Below, in pieces: positions 41,132 to 52,517 of a DNA stretch of 64,000 bases. The DNA is taken from positions 1 through 64,000 of the forward strand of contig CAVYBH010000002.1 in the NCBI GenBank assembly GCA_963766715.1. The letters are read 5' to 3'. Origin of the DNA: an uncultured delta proteobacterium (GTDB lineage Bacteria > Myxococcota > Myxococcia > Myxococcales > Anaeromyxobacteraceae). The notes under the pieces were generated by a model. It saw only the letters and a program-made list of their open reading frames with translations, made no database searches and had not been told where the DNA came from. Both the position numbers and the translations under genes were made by a program. Each line of letters starts with the position of its first letter. The first letter of the stretch is position 1.

Positions 41132-41824
41132 TCACTGCCCGAGGATGACCCGGTCGTAGTACTGGGCCGCGGGCACGCCGCTCGCCTTCGCCCGCGCGAG
41201 CGCGGCGTCGATGGCGCTGCGGAAGGCGGCCGCCGGCTGCGCGCCGACCACCAGCGTGCCGTTCACGACGAAGCTGGGGGTGCCGCCGATGCCCACCTGG
41301 CGGCCCAGCGCGGCGTCCGCCTCGATCCGCGCCTCCATGGCCGCCGGGCTGGCGCGGCAGGCCTGCCACGCCGCCACGTCGAGACCGGCCTGGGCGGCGA
41401 ACGCCTCCAGGTCCGCGTCGAACCCGCCGTCGAAGAGGGTTCCGGCCCTCGCGGCCGCGAAGACGAGGTCGTGGAACTCCCAGAAGCCTCCCTGGGCGCG
41501 GGCGCACTCGGCGGCCACCGCGGCCGGGATCGCCCGGGCGTGCTGGGAGAGCGGGAAGTGCTTGAACACGTGCCGGACGTCCGGTCCGTACTCCGGAAGG
41601 ACCTGCGCGAGCGTCGGCTGCACCATCACGCAGTACGGGCACTGGAAGTCGGAGAACTCGACGATGGTGACCCAGGCGTCGGCCGGTCCGTCCACCGGCG
41701 AGTCGGCCACCGGGACCCGCAGCACGCCCGCGGTGGCCTCGGTGGTCGTGCTCGAGCCGCACGCGGCGAGGAGGAGGGCCAGGGCGGTGACGAGCGCGGT
41801 GGCGAGGACGGATCGCGTCCTCAT
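41132..41824 (-). CDS. DsbA-family thioredoxin-fold lipoprotein
   Basis: Lipobox LAAC; IVEFSDFQCPYC; HFPL; GTPSFVVNG..GAQP. Confidence 0.9.
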   Translation of the reverse strand: MRTRSVLATALVTALALLLAACGSSTTTEATAGVLRVPVADSPVDGPADAWVTIVEFSDFQCPYCVMVQPTLAQVLPEYGPDVRHVFKHFPLSQHARAIPAAVAAECARAQGGFWEFHDLVFAAARAGTLFDGGFDADLEAFAAQAGLDVAAWQACRASPAAMEARIEADAALGRQVGIGGTPSFVVNGTLVVGAQPAAAFRSAIDAALARAKASGVPAAQYYDRVILGQ

Positions 41825-43265
41825 CGCTTCCTCCCGGGGCGCTCTCCGCGCTGCCTTCGCGGGCGCCCGGCGCGCCGCCTTCCGCGCCGCGGGGGCGGCC
41901 GGCCTGGCGGCCAGCTCCTCGTACAGGTAGGCCGCGGCGAGGATGCCCCGCTGGTAGTTCTCGAGGTCGAGCCGCTCGTTGGGGGCGTGGCTGTTCTCGT
42001 CGGGCAGGCCGAAGCCCATCAGGATCACCGGCACGCCCAGCGCCTCCTGGATGGTGGCCGTGAAGGGGATCGAGCCGCCCTCCCGGATGAGGACGGGCTT
42101 GCGGCCGAAGGCGCGCAGGAGCGCCCGCTCGGTGGCCTGGAACTCGGGCGCGTCGGTGGGGCAGAGGAAGGGCGACCCGCCGTGGAGGGCGGTGACCTTC
42201 ACCTTCACCGTCTTCGGCGCGACCTTCTTCACGAAGGCCGTGAACTTCCGCTCCGCCTCCTCCGGCGTCTGGTCGGGGACGAGCCGCATGGAGATCTTGG
42301 CGCCGGCCCGGGCCGGGAGCACGGTCTTCGCGCCCTCGCCCTGGTAGCCGCCCCAGATCCCGTTCACCTCCAGGGTGGGCCGGGCCCAGATGCGCTCGAG
42401 CACGTGGAACCGGGGCTCGCCCCAGGCGCGGGGCGGGTTGCCGGCCCCCTCCAGGAACGACTTCATCGTGAAGGGGAGGCGGCGGACCTCGCGCCGCTCC
42501 CGCTCGGTGAGCTTGCGCACGTTGTCGTAGAAGCCGGGGATCCGGACCTTCCCGTCCTGGTCCTTCAGCTGCGCGACGATGTGGCAGAGCGCGTTGGCCG
42601 GGTTGTCGACCGCGCCGCCGAAGCTGCCCGAGTGCAGGTCGCCCGAGGCGCCCTCCACGTCGACCTGCATGTACATCAGGCCGCGCAGCCCGTAGCAGAT
42701 GGAGGGGATGTCGTGCCCGAACATGGGCGAGTCGGAGACCACCACCGCGTCGGCGGTCAGCCTCGACCGCTCCCGCTGGAGGAAGGGTCCGAGGTTCTCG
42801 CTGCCCACCTCCTCCTCCCCCTCGAAGAGCATCTTCACGTTCACCGGCGGTCCACCGGCCAGGCGCCAGGCCTCGAAGGCCTTCAGGTGGAGCCAGACCT
42901 GTCCCTTGTCGTCCACGGCGCCGCGCGCGTAGAGGTTGCCGTCGCGGACCTCCGGCTCGAAGGGAGGGGAGGTCCACAGCTCGAGCGGCTCGACCGGCTG
43001 GACGTCGTAGTGGCCGTAGACGAGGACGGTGGGCGCTGCCCGGACCGGCCTCGAGCCATTCCCCGAGGACGATGGGGTGGCCCGCGGTCGGGAAGATCGC
43101 GACCTTCATCCCGAGCCGCTCCATCTCGATCCGGAGGTGCTCGGCCGCGAGGAACATGTCGGGCTTGTGCTCGGCCTGGGAGGAGATGGACGGGATGCGC
43201 AGGAACTTCACGAGCTCGTCCACGTAGCGCTGGCGGTTCTCGCCGATGTACCGGGTGATGTCCAT
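41821..43265 (-). CDS. M20 family dipeptidase (ArgE/DapE-like), frameshift ~43035; stop uncertain
   Basis: FLRIPSISS, YGHYDVQP, ARGAVDDKGQ, EGEEEVGS, DLHSG, GGSIP, HAPNE. Confidence 0.9.
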
Positions 43266-43328
43266 GGGGCGAAAAGCTACTCCGCGGGCCGCCCGCCGGT
43301 GGGAAAAAAAGGAGGGGCGGACCGGCCG

Positions 43329-43928
43329 TCAGGGCGCCAGCAGGCCCAGGCGCAGCAGGTCCTCGGGCGTGTTCACGTTCTCGAAGGAGCGGCCGTCCGG
43401 GTCGACCTCGCGCCATTCGCCGGCCGTCACCACCCGGGCGCCGGCCTCCCGGGCGATGGCCCGGATCGACGGATCGCCCTCGCGGAGCATCCGATCCACC
43501 ATGGGCAGGAGCGCCCGCGACCAGAAGGCGTGGAGCCCCTCGAGCCCGCGATCCCATTCCACGATCGCGGCAGGCGCTGCCCCCCGGCGCGTCGCCAGGA
43601 ACCGGATGCACCCCTCGGACAGGAACGGCATGTCGCAGCCGGCCGCGAAGATCCAGCCGGTGCGCGCGGCTCCGAGGGCGGCGTGCAGGCCGCCCGGGGC
43701 TCCCTTCCCGGGAATCGCGTCGGGGACCACCCGCACGCCCAGGGAGGTCCACGGTGCGGGGTCGTTCGCCACCACCAGCACCTCCCCGAAGAGCTCGCGG
43801 AGGAGCGCCACCGATCGGGCCGCGAGCGTCTCGCCGCCGAGCCGGGACAGGGCCTTCGGGGACCCGCCCATGCGCCGGGCCTGGCCGCCGGCCACCAGGA
43901 CGCCGGTGCAGTCGGGGATCCGCTCCAC
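43329..43928 (-). CDS. mobA: Molybdenum cofactor guanylyltransferase
   Basis: VLVAGGQARRMGG..KA; GAPGGL; CDMPF; FENVNTPEDL. Confidence 0.9.
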   Translation of the reverse strand: MERIPDCTGVLVAGGQARRMGGSPKALSRLGGETLAARSVALLRELFGEVLVVANDPAPWTSLGVRVVPDAIPGKGAPGGLHAALGAARTGWIFAAGCDMPFLSEGCIRFLATRRGAAPAAIVEWDRGLEGLHAFWSRALLPMVDRMLREGDPSIRAIAREAGARVVTAGEWREVDPDGRSFENVNTPEDLLRLGLLAP

Positions 43929-43998
43929 GCCGGGAGCTTACCTCGCCGTACCCCGGCCGCGGTGGCGAAGGGCCGGTCCCTCTGCTACAAGACCGCGC

Positions 43999-44328
43999 GT
44001 GACTCCCGAGCAGCGCCTCGAGGCCTTCCGGAAATTCGTCGAACGAAGCCCGGACGACCCATTCGCGCGCTACTCGCTGGCCATGGGCCACCGCGGCGCC
44101 GGACAGCTCGAGGAGGCCGTCCTGGTCTTCGAGGAGCTGGCGCGGCGGGTCCCGGGCTACGTCGCCACCTATCTCATGTGGGGCCAGACCCTCGAGGCGC
44201 TCGACCGCGTCTCCGGGGCGGCGAAGGTCTACGAGCAGGGTATCGCCCGGGCGACCGAGGCGAGGAACGAGCACGCAGCATCGGAGCTCGAGCAGGCCCG
44301 TGCGGCGCTGGCGGCGCGGGAAGCGTGA
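43999..44328 (+). CDS. Small TPR protein
   Basis: PDDPFARYSLAM..PGYVATYLMWGQ..YEQGI helical repeats. Confidence 0.8.
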   Translation: MTPEQRLEAFRKFVERSPDDPFARYSLAMGHRGAGQLEEAVLVFEELARRVPGYVATYLMWGQTLEALDRVSGAAKVYEQGIARATEARNEHAASELEQARAALAAREA

Positions 44329-44355
44329 GCCGGGCAGCCGGCGGGAAGGGATGAC

Positions 44356-45141
44356 ATGAGCGGATTGATGCAGGGGAAGCGGGCCTTCGTCACCGGTGTC
44401 GCGAACGACCGCAGCATCGCCTGGGCGATCGCGGAGCGCTTCCACGCGCAGGGGGCCGAGCTCGCCTTCTCGTACCCGGGCGAGGCCATGGGCAAGCGCA
44501 CCATCCCGCTCGTGAAGACCCTGAACCCGGCCGCCATCCTCGACCTCGACGTCTCGAACGACGCCCAGATCGACGCGGCCGTCCAGGAGGTCGGGAAGGT
44601 CTGGGACTCGGTGGACGTCCTCGTCCACTCGATCGGCTACGCGCCGCGCGAGGCCCTCGACGGGCGCTTCACCGACGTGACCACCCGCGAGGCCTGGCGC
44701 ATCACCATGGACGTGTCGGCCTACTCGCTCATCGCGCTGGCCCGCGCCTTCCGGCCGCTCCTGAAGCCCGGGGCGAGCATCCTGACCCTCAGCTACTACG
44801 GCGCCGAGAAGGTGGTCACGAACTACAACGTGATGGGCGTCGCCAAGGCCGCGCTGGAGGCGTCGGTGCGGTACCTGGCCGAGGACCTCGGCCGCGAGGG
44901 CATCCGCGTGAACGCCATCAGCGCCGGTCCGCTCAAGACGCTCGCCGCGGCGGGCATCAAGGGGATGCGCAGCATGCTCGGCGAGAACGCCTCCCGGACC
45001 CCGCTCCGGCGCAACATCGAGCACGACGAGGTGGGGCAGGCCGCGCTGTTCCTCTGCTCGTCGATGGGCTCCGGCATCACCGGGGAGACGCTCCACGTCG
45101 ACGCCGGCCAGAACATCATGGGCGTGGTGTCGATGGGGTAG
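44356..45141 (+). CDS. fabI: Enoyl-ACP reductase
   Basis: GVANDRSIAWAIA, HSIGYAP, YNVMGVAKAALEASVRYLA, NAISAGPLKTLAA. Confidence 0.95.
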   Translation: MSGLMQGKRAFVTGVANDRSIAWAIAERFHAQGAELAFSYPGEAMGKRTIPLVKTLNPAAILDLDVSNDAQIDAAVQEVGKVWDSVDVLVHSIGYAPREALDGRFTDVTTREAWRITMDVSAYSLIALARAFRPLLKPGASILTLSYYGAEKVVTNYNVMGVAKAALEASVRYLAEDLGREGIRVNAISAGPLKTLAAAGIKGMRSMLGENASRTPLRRNIEHDEVGQAALFLCSSMGSGITGETLHVDAGQNIMGVVSMG

Positions 45142-45159
45142 GGGCGGGCGCCCCGGGCC

Positions 45160-45812
45160 TCACATGAAGCGGCCGTGCGGGGCGTCGTCGCCCGCGTACG
45201 GATTGGCCTTCCGCTCGGCCCCGAGGGTGCCGCCGGGCCCGTGGCCCGGGAAGAAGCGCACGTCGTCGCCCAGCGGGAAGAGCCGCTCGCGGATGGAGCG
45301 CAGGAGCTCGGGCGCGTTCCCCCCGGGAGGTCGGTCCGTCCCACCGAGCCGGCGAACAGCGTGTCGCCGGTGAAGAGGATCTCGTCGTCCGGGAAGTGGA
45401 AGCTCACCCCGCCCGGGCTGTGACCGGGAGTGTGGATGACCCGTCCCTCGTGGCGCCCGACGCGAACCGCGTCGCCGTCGGCGAGGAAGCTCTCCACCTC
45501 CGGAGAGGCGGTCTTGCCGAAGCCGAGCCCCGCGGCCTGGCCGGGGAGGGCCCGGACGAAGGGCTCGTCGCCTCGGTGGATCTGGAAGGGTGCGCCGGTC
45601 GATTCCCGCAGCGCCTCGACCCCGAAGATGTGGTCGACGTGGCCGTGGGTGGCGAGGATGCGCCCGACCCGGAAGTCCGGGAGCGCGAGCCCGAGCACGC
45701 GGCCGGTCTCGCCGCCCGGGTCGATCACGAGGGCGTCCCCGGTCTCCGAGTCGGCGACGAGCCAGGTGTTCTCGGCGAAGGGGCCGACGACCGCCTGGCG
45801 AACGACCAGCAA
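45160..45812 (-). CDS. MBL-fold metallohydrolase (glyoxalase II/YcbL-like), frameshift ~45325
   Basis: THGHVDH, HTPGHSPG, FTGDTLFAGSVGRTDLPGG, PGHG. Confidence 0.9.
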
Positions 45813-45814
45813 CG

Positions 45815-46198
45815 CTAGGCCGAGAAGGACGAGCCGCAGCCGCAGGTGTTCTTGGCGTTGGGGTTGATGAACTTGAACCCGGCGCCCTGGAGCCCCTGCA
45901 CGTAGTCGACCGTGACGCCCTGGAGGTACATGGCGCTCATCGGGTCGACGAACAGCCTGAGGCCGTCCTGGTCGAGGACGATGTCGCCGTCCTTGGCGTC
46001 GTTCTCGAAATCCATCGTGTACTGGAAGCCGGAGCAGCCGCCGCCGGCGACGCCGATCCGGATGCCGTGGCCGGCGAGCCCTTCCTGCTCGATGGCGGCG
46101 CGGACCATGTCCACGGCCTTCTGGGTGAAGCTCACCGGGTTGGGCGCCTCGCCGGACGGGCTGGAGGTGGCGGGGGCGGCGGTCGTGGCGGTGTCCAT
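45815..46198 (-). CDS. A-type Fe-S carrier (IscA/ErpA/HesB family)
   Basis: GGGCSGFQY, VDYV, NPNAKNTCGCGSSF. Confidence 0.95.
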   Translation of the reverse strand: MDTATTAAPATSSPSGEAPNPVSFTQKAVDMVRAAIEQEGLAGHGIRIGVAGGGCSGFQYTMDFENDAKDGDIVLDQDGLRLFVDPMSAMYLQGVTVDYVQGLQGAGFKFINPNAKNTCGCGSSFSA

Positions 46199-46302
46199 GC
46201 TTACTCCTGAAGGGATTTCGGGGCCTCGCGCCCCGCTCGGGTCGGATCCATTCTTAATGGACCGGACAGGTCCAGGCAACGGCGGAATGACCGGCCCTGG
46301 GA

Positions 46303-47007
46303 TCAAGGGGATACGCCAAGGTGCCGGCCGCCGTCCACCGGAACCGTGGCCCCGGTCACGAAGGGCGAATCGGCGAGGAACCGGACCGCGCGGGCCACGT
46401 CCTCCGGCTCTCCCACGCGCCGGAGCGGGATCCGCCGGGACAGGCGGCGACGTGCGCCCGCGGTCAGGCTCTCTGGCCAGAGCACCGTGCCGGGGGCGAC
46501 GCCGTTCACCCGGACCTCCGGGGCCAGCTCCAGCGCCAGCGATTCGGTCACGGCCCGCAGCGCCGCCTTGGAGGCGCCATAGGCCGAGTAGGCGGCCCAG
46601 GGGACGAGCGCCCCGCCCACGTCGACGACGTTCACGACCGACCCTCGCGCGCGCCGCAGGAGCGTCAGGAGCGCGCGGGTGAGGAGCAGGGGCGCTCTCG
46701 CGTTGAGCGCCATCTGCTCGTCGAACAGGTCGGCGTCGGTGTCCTCGAGGTAGCGGCGCTCGAAGAGGGCGGCGTTGTTCACGAGCAGGTCGAGGCGGGC
46801 GAAGCGCTTGCGGAAGGCGCGGGCCAGCGACGCCGGGCCGTCCGGCGAGGCGAGGTCGCCCCGGATGCCGAGCAGGGAGCGGGGCGGGCGGTGGCTGTGG
46901 AAGTGGGCGACCACCTCCCAGCCGTGGCGCGAGAGGTCGAGCGCGATGGCCCGGCCGACGCGGGTGCCGGCCCCGGTGACGAGCGCCACCCTGCGCCGGG
47001 GGGCCAC
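46303..47007 (-). CDS. SDR, pteridine reductase/FolM-like
   Basis: TGAGTRVG, LVNNAALF, NARAP, YGASKAAL, VRVNGVAPG. Confidence 0.8.
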   Translation of the reverse strand: MAPRRRVALVTGAGTRVGRAIALDLSRHGWEVVAHFHSHRPPRSLLGIRGDLASPDGPASLARAFRKRFARLDLLVNNAALFERRYLEDTDADLFDEQMALNARAPLLLTRALLTLLRRARGSVVNVVDVGGALVPWAAYSAYGASKAALRAVTESLALELAPEVRVNGVAPGTVLWPESLTAGARRRLSRRIPLRRVGEPEDVARAVRFLADSPFVTGATVPVDGGRHLGVSP

Positions 47008-47008
47008 G

Positions 47009-47566
47009 TCACGTCCCCCTGCGCGGCTGCCAGGGCGTCTCGGCGACCCCTGCGCGAAGGTTCGCGACCCGGGCGGCCTCGAAGAGGAAGTCGGAGAGGC
47101 GGTTCAGGTAGACCACCACGCCCGGGTCGATGGCGGCGAGGTGGGACAGGGCCACCGCGCGCCGCTCGGCGCGGCGGCAGGTGGCCCGCGCGACGTGGAT
47201 CGAGGCGGCGAGGCGGCACCCCCCGGGGAGGATGAAGGAGGTGAGGGCGGGAAGCTCCGCGTCCCATTCGTCCATCCGCCGCTCCAGCGCCACGGCCCAG
47301 CCCGCGTCCACCGCCGGGATCGAGTCGTGCGCCTTGCTCTCGTGCGGGGTCGCGAGCTCCGCCCCCACCGAGAAGAGCTCCGACTGGATGCGGGCCAGGT
47401 CGCCCTCGATCTGCGGGTCGGCGGCGAGGGAGCGGGCCACGCCGACGGCCGCGTTCAGCTCGTCGACCGCGCCGTAGGCCTCGACCCGGGCGTCGTCCTT
47501 CGGGACCCGTCCGCCCCCGAAGAGGCTCGTCTCACCCCCGTCGCCGGTCTTCGTGTAGATCTTCAT
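47009..47566 (-). CDS. PduO-type ATP:cob(I)alamin adenosyltransferase
   Basis: KIYTKTGDGGETSL, YGAVDELN, FILPGG, CRRAER, YLNRLSDFLF. Confidence 0.95.
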   Translation of the reverse strand: MKIYTKTGDGGETSLFGGGRVPKDDARVEAYGAVDELNAAVGVARSLAADPQIEGDLARIQSELFSVGAELATPHESKAHDSIPAVDAGWAVALERRMDEWDAELPALTSFILPGGCRLAASIHVARATCRRAERRAVALSHLAAIDPGVVVYLNRLSDFLFEAARVANLRAGVAETPWQPRRGT

Positions 47567-47592
47567 TCACAGCCTTGGTATCAGCGCTCGAC

Positions 47593-48939
47593 ATGCCCCG
47601 CAACGCTCCCTTCAGCCCCGACGAGCTGGCCCGCATCGGGACCGAGGCCGCGCGCCTCGCATGGGCGGACGGGATGACCGTCCGGCGCCCCGACGGGGAG
47701 GTGGTCCCGATCCCCCTCGTGGCCGAGCCGGAGGTCGTGGACCGGGAGCGGCTCGCCTGGCTCGCGGCCGAGTCGAGGGCCATCCTGTCCGGCTCGGTCA
47801 AGCTGGCGCGCGCGCTGCTCGACGGCGGCGATCCCCGGGACGTGGACGCGCTCCTGGGCCCGTTCGAAGGGCTCGAGGCCGAGGCCATGTCCCGCCTGTT
47901 CTCCGAGGCGCCATGCCCGGCGGTGGTCTCGCGGGTCGACTTCCTCCCGCCCGGGGACGGCGGCCTGCCCCGGGCGCTCGAGCTCAACGCCACCATCCCG
48001 GCCATGCCGGCCTACGCCGACCTGGCCGCGCACGCCTGGCTCCGCGCCGCGGCCCGGGCCCGGGGCTTCTCGCCGAGGCAGGAGCGCGACCTGCTCGCCC
48101 GGACCGGCAGCCACATGGAGTCGCTGCGGGAGACCCTGGTCTCCTTCTACCGCTGGCGCGGCGGCTCGCGGGAGCGCCCGTCCATCGCCATCGTGGCCCG
48201 TCCCGGAGACGCGCAGATCGGGGAGCTGGGGCGCCTGGCCGCCCACTTCCGGCAGATGGGGCACGAGGTGGACGTGCTCGTTCCGGACGATGCCGACCCC
48301 GATCGCCACGACCTGCTCTACCGGCACGTCTGGGCGCACCGGACGCCGCCCGCATCCCCCTTCGCGCGGGCGCTCCGCGAGCCGTCGCGCTGGCCGCTCG
48401 CGAACCCCGTGAACGGGATGCTCGAGGCGAAGGCCCTCTTCGCGCGCCTCTCGCAGGCCGCCGAGGACCGCTCCCTCTCGGATGCGGCGGCGCTCGACGA
48501 GGCCGAGCTCGCCGCCGCGCGGCGCCTGCCCTGGACCCGCATGCACTCGGAGTCCCTGGTGCCCCGGCTGCTCGCCGAGCGGGAGCGATTCGTGCTGAAG
48601 CGCAGCTGGGACTACGGCGGGAAGAGCGTCCACCTGGGCGCGGAGACCGAGCCGGCCGCCTGGGAGCGGGTGGTGCGGGAGGCCGCCGCCGACCGCCGCG
48701 GCGGGGGCTTCGTGGCGCAGGAGCGGGTCTTCGCGGCGCGCCGTCCGGCCACCCGGATCACCCCGTCCGGGCCGGAGCCGGGCTCGCTGTACCGCGACGT
48801 CTCCACGTACGGCGGCCTCCTTCCCGTGCATCCCTCGGGAAGCGTGGTGCGCGCGGCGGCGTCGCCCATCGTCAACATCCTGGGCGGAGGCGGGCTCGCG
48901 CCGGTGGTCCCGTCCGACGTGTGGGAGTCCCTCGCGTGA
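47593..48939 (+). CDS. Circularly permuted ATP-grasp ligase-like protein (glutathionylspermidine/GSH synthetase-related)
   Basis: SRVDF..LELN near the N-terminus; LYR, NP..EAK, LPWT, FVLKRSWDYGGKSVHLG, VAQERV, IVNILGGGG. Confidence 0.7.
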   Translation: MPRNAPFSPDELARIGTEAARLAWADGMTVRRPDGEVVPIPLVAEPEVVDRERLAWLAAESRAILSGSVKLARALLDGGDPRDVDALLGPFEGLEAEAMSRLFSEAPCPAVVSRVDFLPPGDGGLPRALELNATIPAMPAYADLAAHAWLRAAARARGFSPRQERDLLARTGSHMESLRETLVSFYRWRGGSRERPSIAIVARPGDAQIGELGRLAAHFRQMGHEVDVLVPDDADPDRHDLLYRHVWAHRTPPASPFARALREPSRWPLANPVNGMLEAKALFARLSQAAEDRSLSDAAALDEAELAAARRLPWTRMHSESLVPRLLAERERFVLKRSWDYGGKSVHLGAETEPAAWERVVREAAADRRGGGFVAQERVFAARRPATRITPSGPEPGSLYRDVSTYGGLLPVHPSGSVVRAAASPIVNILGGGGLAPVVPSDVWESLA

Positions 48940-49331
48940 CCGAGCTCGAGCAGGTCCTGCGCAAGGAGTTCTCCCGCGCCGCCCGCTACCGCGAGCCGCT
49001 CGCGGTCCTGCTGCTCGACCTCCAGCCGACCGGCGAGCTCCTCGGCGCCATCCGGGACGGCGTCCGGCTCTGCGACTGCGTGGTCCCGGACGGGCCGGGC
49101 CGGCTCGCCGTCATCCTGCCGGAGACCCCGCTCGCGGGGGCGATCCAGGTCGCTACCCGTCTCGGGGGGGTCCTCGCGCCTCCCGGTGGCCCCGACCCCA
49201 GCGCGGGGATGGCCATCGGAGTCGGGGTCTTCCCCTCCGCGCTCGCAACCGACGCCGCAGCGCTGCTTCGCTGCGCGGAGGCCGCGCTCGCGCAGGCCAG
49301 GTCGCGCGGCGGCGGCGTGGCCGTTCGGTAG
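48936..49331 (+). CDS. Degenerate stand-alone GGDEF-like protein
   Basis: GTGA overlap; LRKEFSRAARYREPLAVLLLDL..VRLCD..DGPGRLAVILPET..IGVGVFP..LLRCAEAALAQA; no GG(D/E)EF. Confidence 0.7.
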   Translation: MTELEQVLRKEFSRAARYREPLAVLLLDLQPTGELLGAIRDGVRLCDCVVPDGPGRLAVILPETPLAGAIQVATRLGGVLAPPGGPDPSAGMAIGVGVFPSALATDAAALLRCAEAALAQARSRGGGVAVR

Positions 49332-49496
49332 CCCGACACGCCCCACGAGGGACGCTCCTGAGTCGGCGCCCCCGGCGCGACTCGGACCCGGGTATAAGTA
49401 TGACCCAGGGGTATCTGGGTTCAATACCCTGGAATCTCGCTACCCACGGGTGCCTGCGACCTGGACCGGGTCGTGCAGACACCGACAGGCGCGGCC

Positions 49497-51027
49497 ATGG
49501 AAAACGTCACGGACATCCGGCATCCGACCGTCGCCCTCTCCCGGGAGGCGGCCGTCCTGGTCGTGGACGACGACGAGCACGTGCGCCGTTCGCTGCGCCG
49601 CGTGCTGCGCCGGACCGCCTGCCGGGTGCTGGAGGCGCCCGAGGCCGCCACGGCGCTCCGAGATCCTGGCGCGCGAGCCGGTGCACGTCGTGGTCTCCGA
49701 CTACCGCATGCCCGGCATGGACGGGGTGGAGTTCCTCCGCATCGTGAAGGAGCGCTACCCGGCCACCCAGCGGGTGCTCCTCACCGGCCAGGCCGACACC
49801 TCCGCCATCGAGGAGGCGGTCAACCGCTCCGAGATCTTCCGCTTCATCTGGAAGCCGTGGGACGAGAGCCACCTCCTCCTCACGGTCCAGGACGCCATCG
49901 ATCAGTTCTGGATGACCGAGGAGAACCAGCGGCTCCAGAACCTCGTCGCCGCACGGCAGGCCGAGCTGGAGCGGCTCAACCGGGAGCTCGACGCCAAGCT
50001 CGAGGCGCGCACGGAGGCGCTCCGGCAGGCCGCCCAGGAGTGGCGCACCTGCTTCGACGCCATCGGCGACCCGCTCGCCATCATCCGCGACGGCTGCGAG
50101 GTGGTGCGCGCCAACGCGTCGTTCGCCCGCCGCGCCGGGGTCGGACTGGGCGCGCTTCCCGGCCTGCGCTGCAGGGATCACGCGTTCGGCGACCTGCCCT
50201 GCCCGCGCCAGCACCTGGCCGAGTCGCCGGAGCGCGTCATCACGTTCCGCAACCGGGCCTGGCTGATGCGGGCCTTCCCGTTCGGGGGCGACGCGCTCGT
50301 CGTCGTCTACAAGGACGTCACCCAGGAGCGCGAGGTCACCCGCCGCCTCTTCCAGGCCGAGAAGATGTCCGCGCTCGGCCAGCTGGCCGGGGGCGTGGCC
50401 CACGAGATCAACAACCCGCTCGGCGGCATCCTGGCCTTCGCGCAGATCATGAGCCAGGACGAGCGCTCCGCCGACGACAAGGAGAGCCTGCGCCTCATCA
50501 GCGACGCGGCCATGCGCGCCAAGCGCATCGTCGAGTCGCTCCTGCGCTTCTCCCGCATCCCCAAGGAGCACGAGCGGGGGAGCGTGGACCTGGCCCGGGT
50601 GGCCGAGGACGCGCTGCTCATCCTCCAGGCCAACCTGCGCGACGGGAAGCTCACCGTGGTCCGGGAGCTCGAGCCGGTGCGCACCGTCGGCAACGCGAAC
50701 CAGCTCCAGCAGGTGGTGGTCAACCTGGTCGTGAACGCCTCGCAGGCCGTGGGCGCCAAGGGGCGGATCGTGGTGCACACCGGGCCGGGCGCGCCGGGTC
50801 GCGCCCTCGTCACGGTCACCGACGACGGTCCGGGCGTCCCGCCCGACCTGGTGGAGCGGATCTTCGAGCCCTTCTTCACCACCAAGCCGGAGGGGCAGGG
50901 CACCGGCCTCGGCCTCTCCATCTGTTACCGGATCGCCGAGGAGCACGGCGGCTCGGTCCGCCTCGAGAACCTCAAGGAGGGCGGCGCGCGGTTCGTCGTC
51001 GACCTTCCCTCGGAGTCCGCGTCATGA
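49497..51027 (+). CDS. Hybrid kinase: receiver-PAS-histidine kinase, frameshift ~49660
   Basis: VLVVDDD..SDYRMP..KPW; GVAHEINNPL; NLVVNA; DDGPG; FFTTK; GTGLGL. Confidence 0.9.
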
Positions 51028-51041
51028 CGCAAGGAGAAGCC

Positions 51042-52514
<1,473 letters not shown>

Positions 52515-52517
52515 CCG

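Noticed and set aside
41132..42916. Apparent M20 peptidase-DsbA fusion (594-aa ORF)
   Set aside because: DsbA has its own purine-rich RBS, ATG and lipoprotein signal after a low-complexity tail. An indel hiding an ATGA overlap is more likely in this error-rich sequence.
47593..48939. ATP-grasp as a RiPP (graspetide) maturase
   Set aside because: It has the circularly permuted motif order rather than RimK-type, and no precursor peptide ORF is adjacent.
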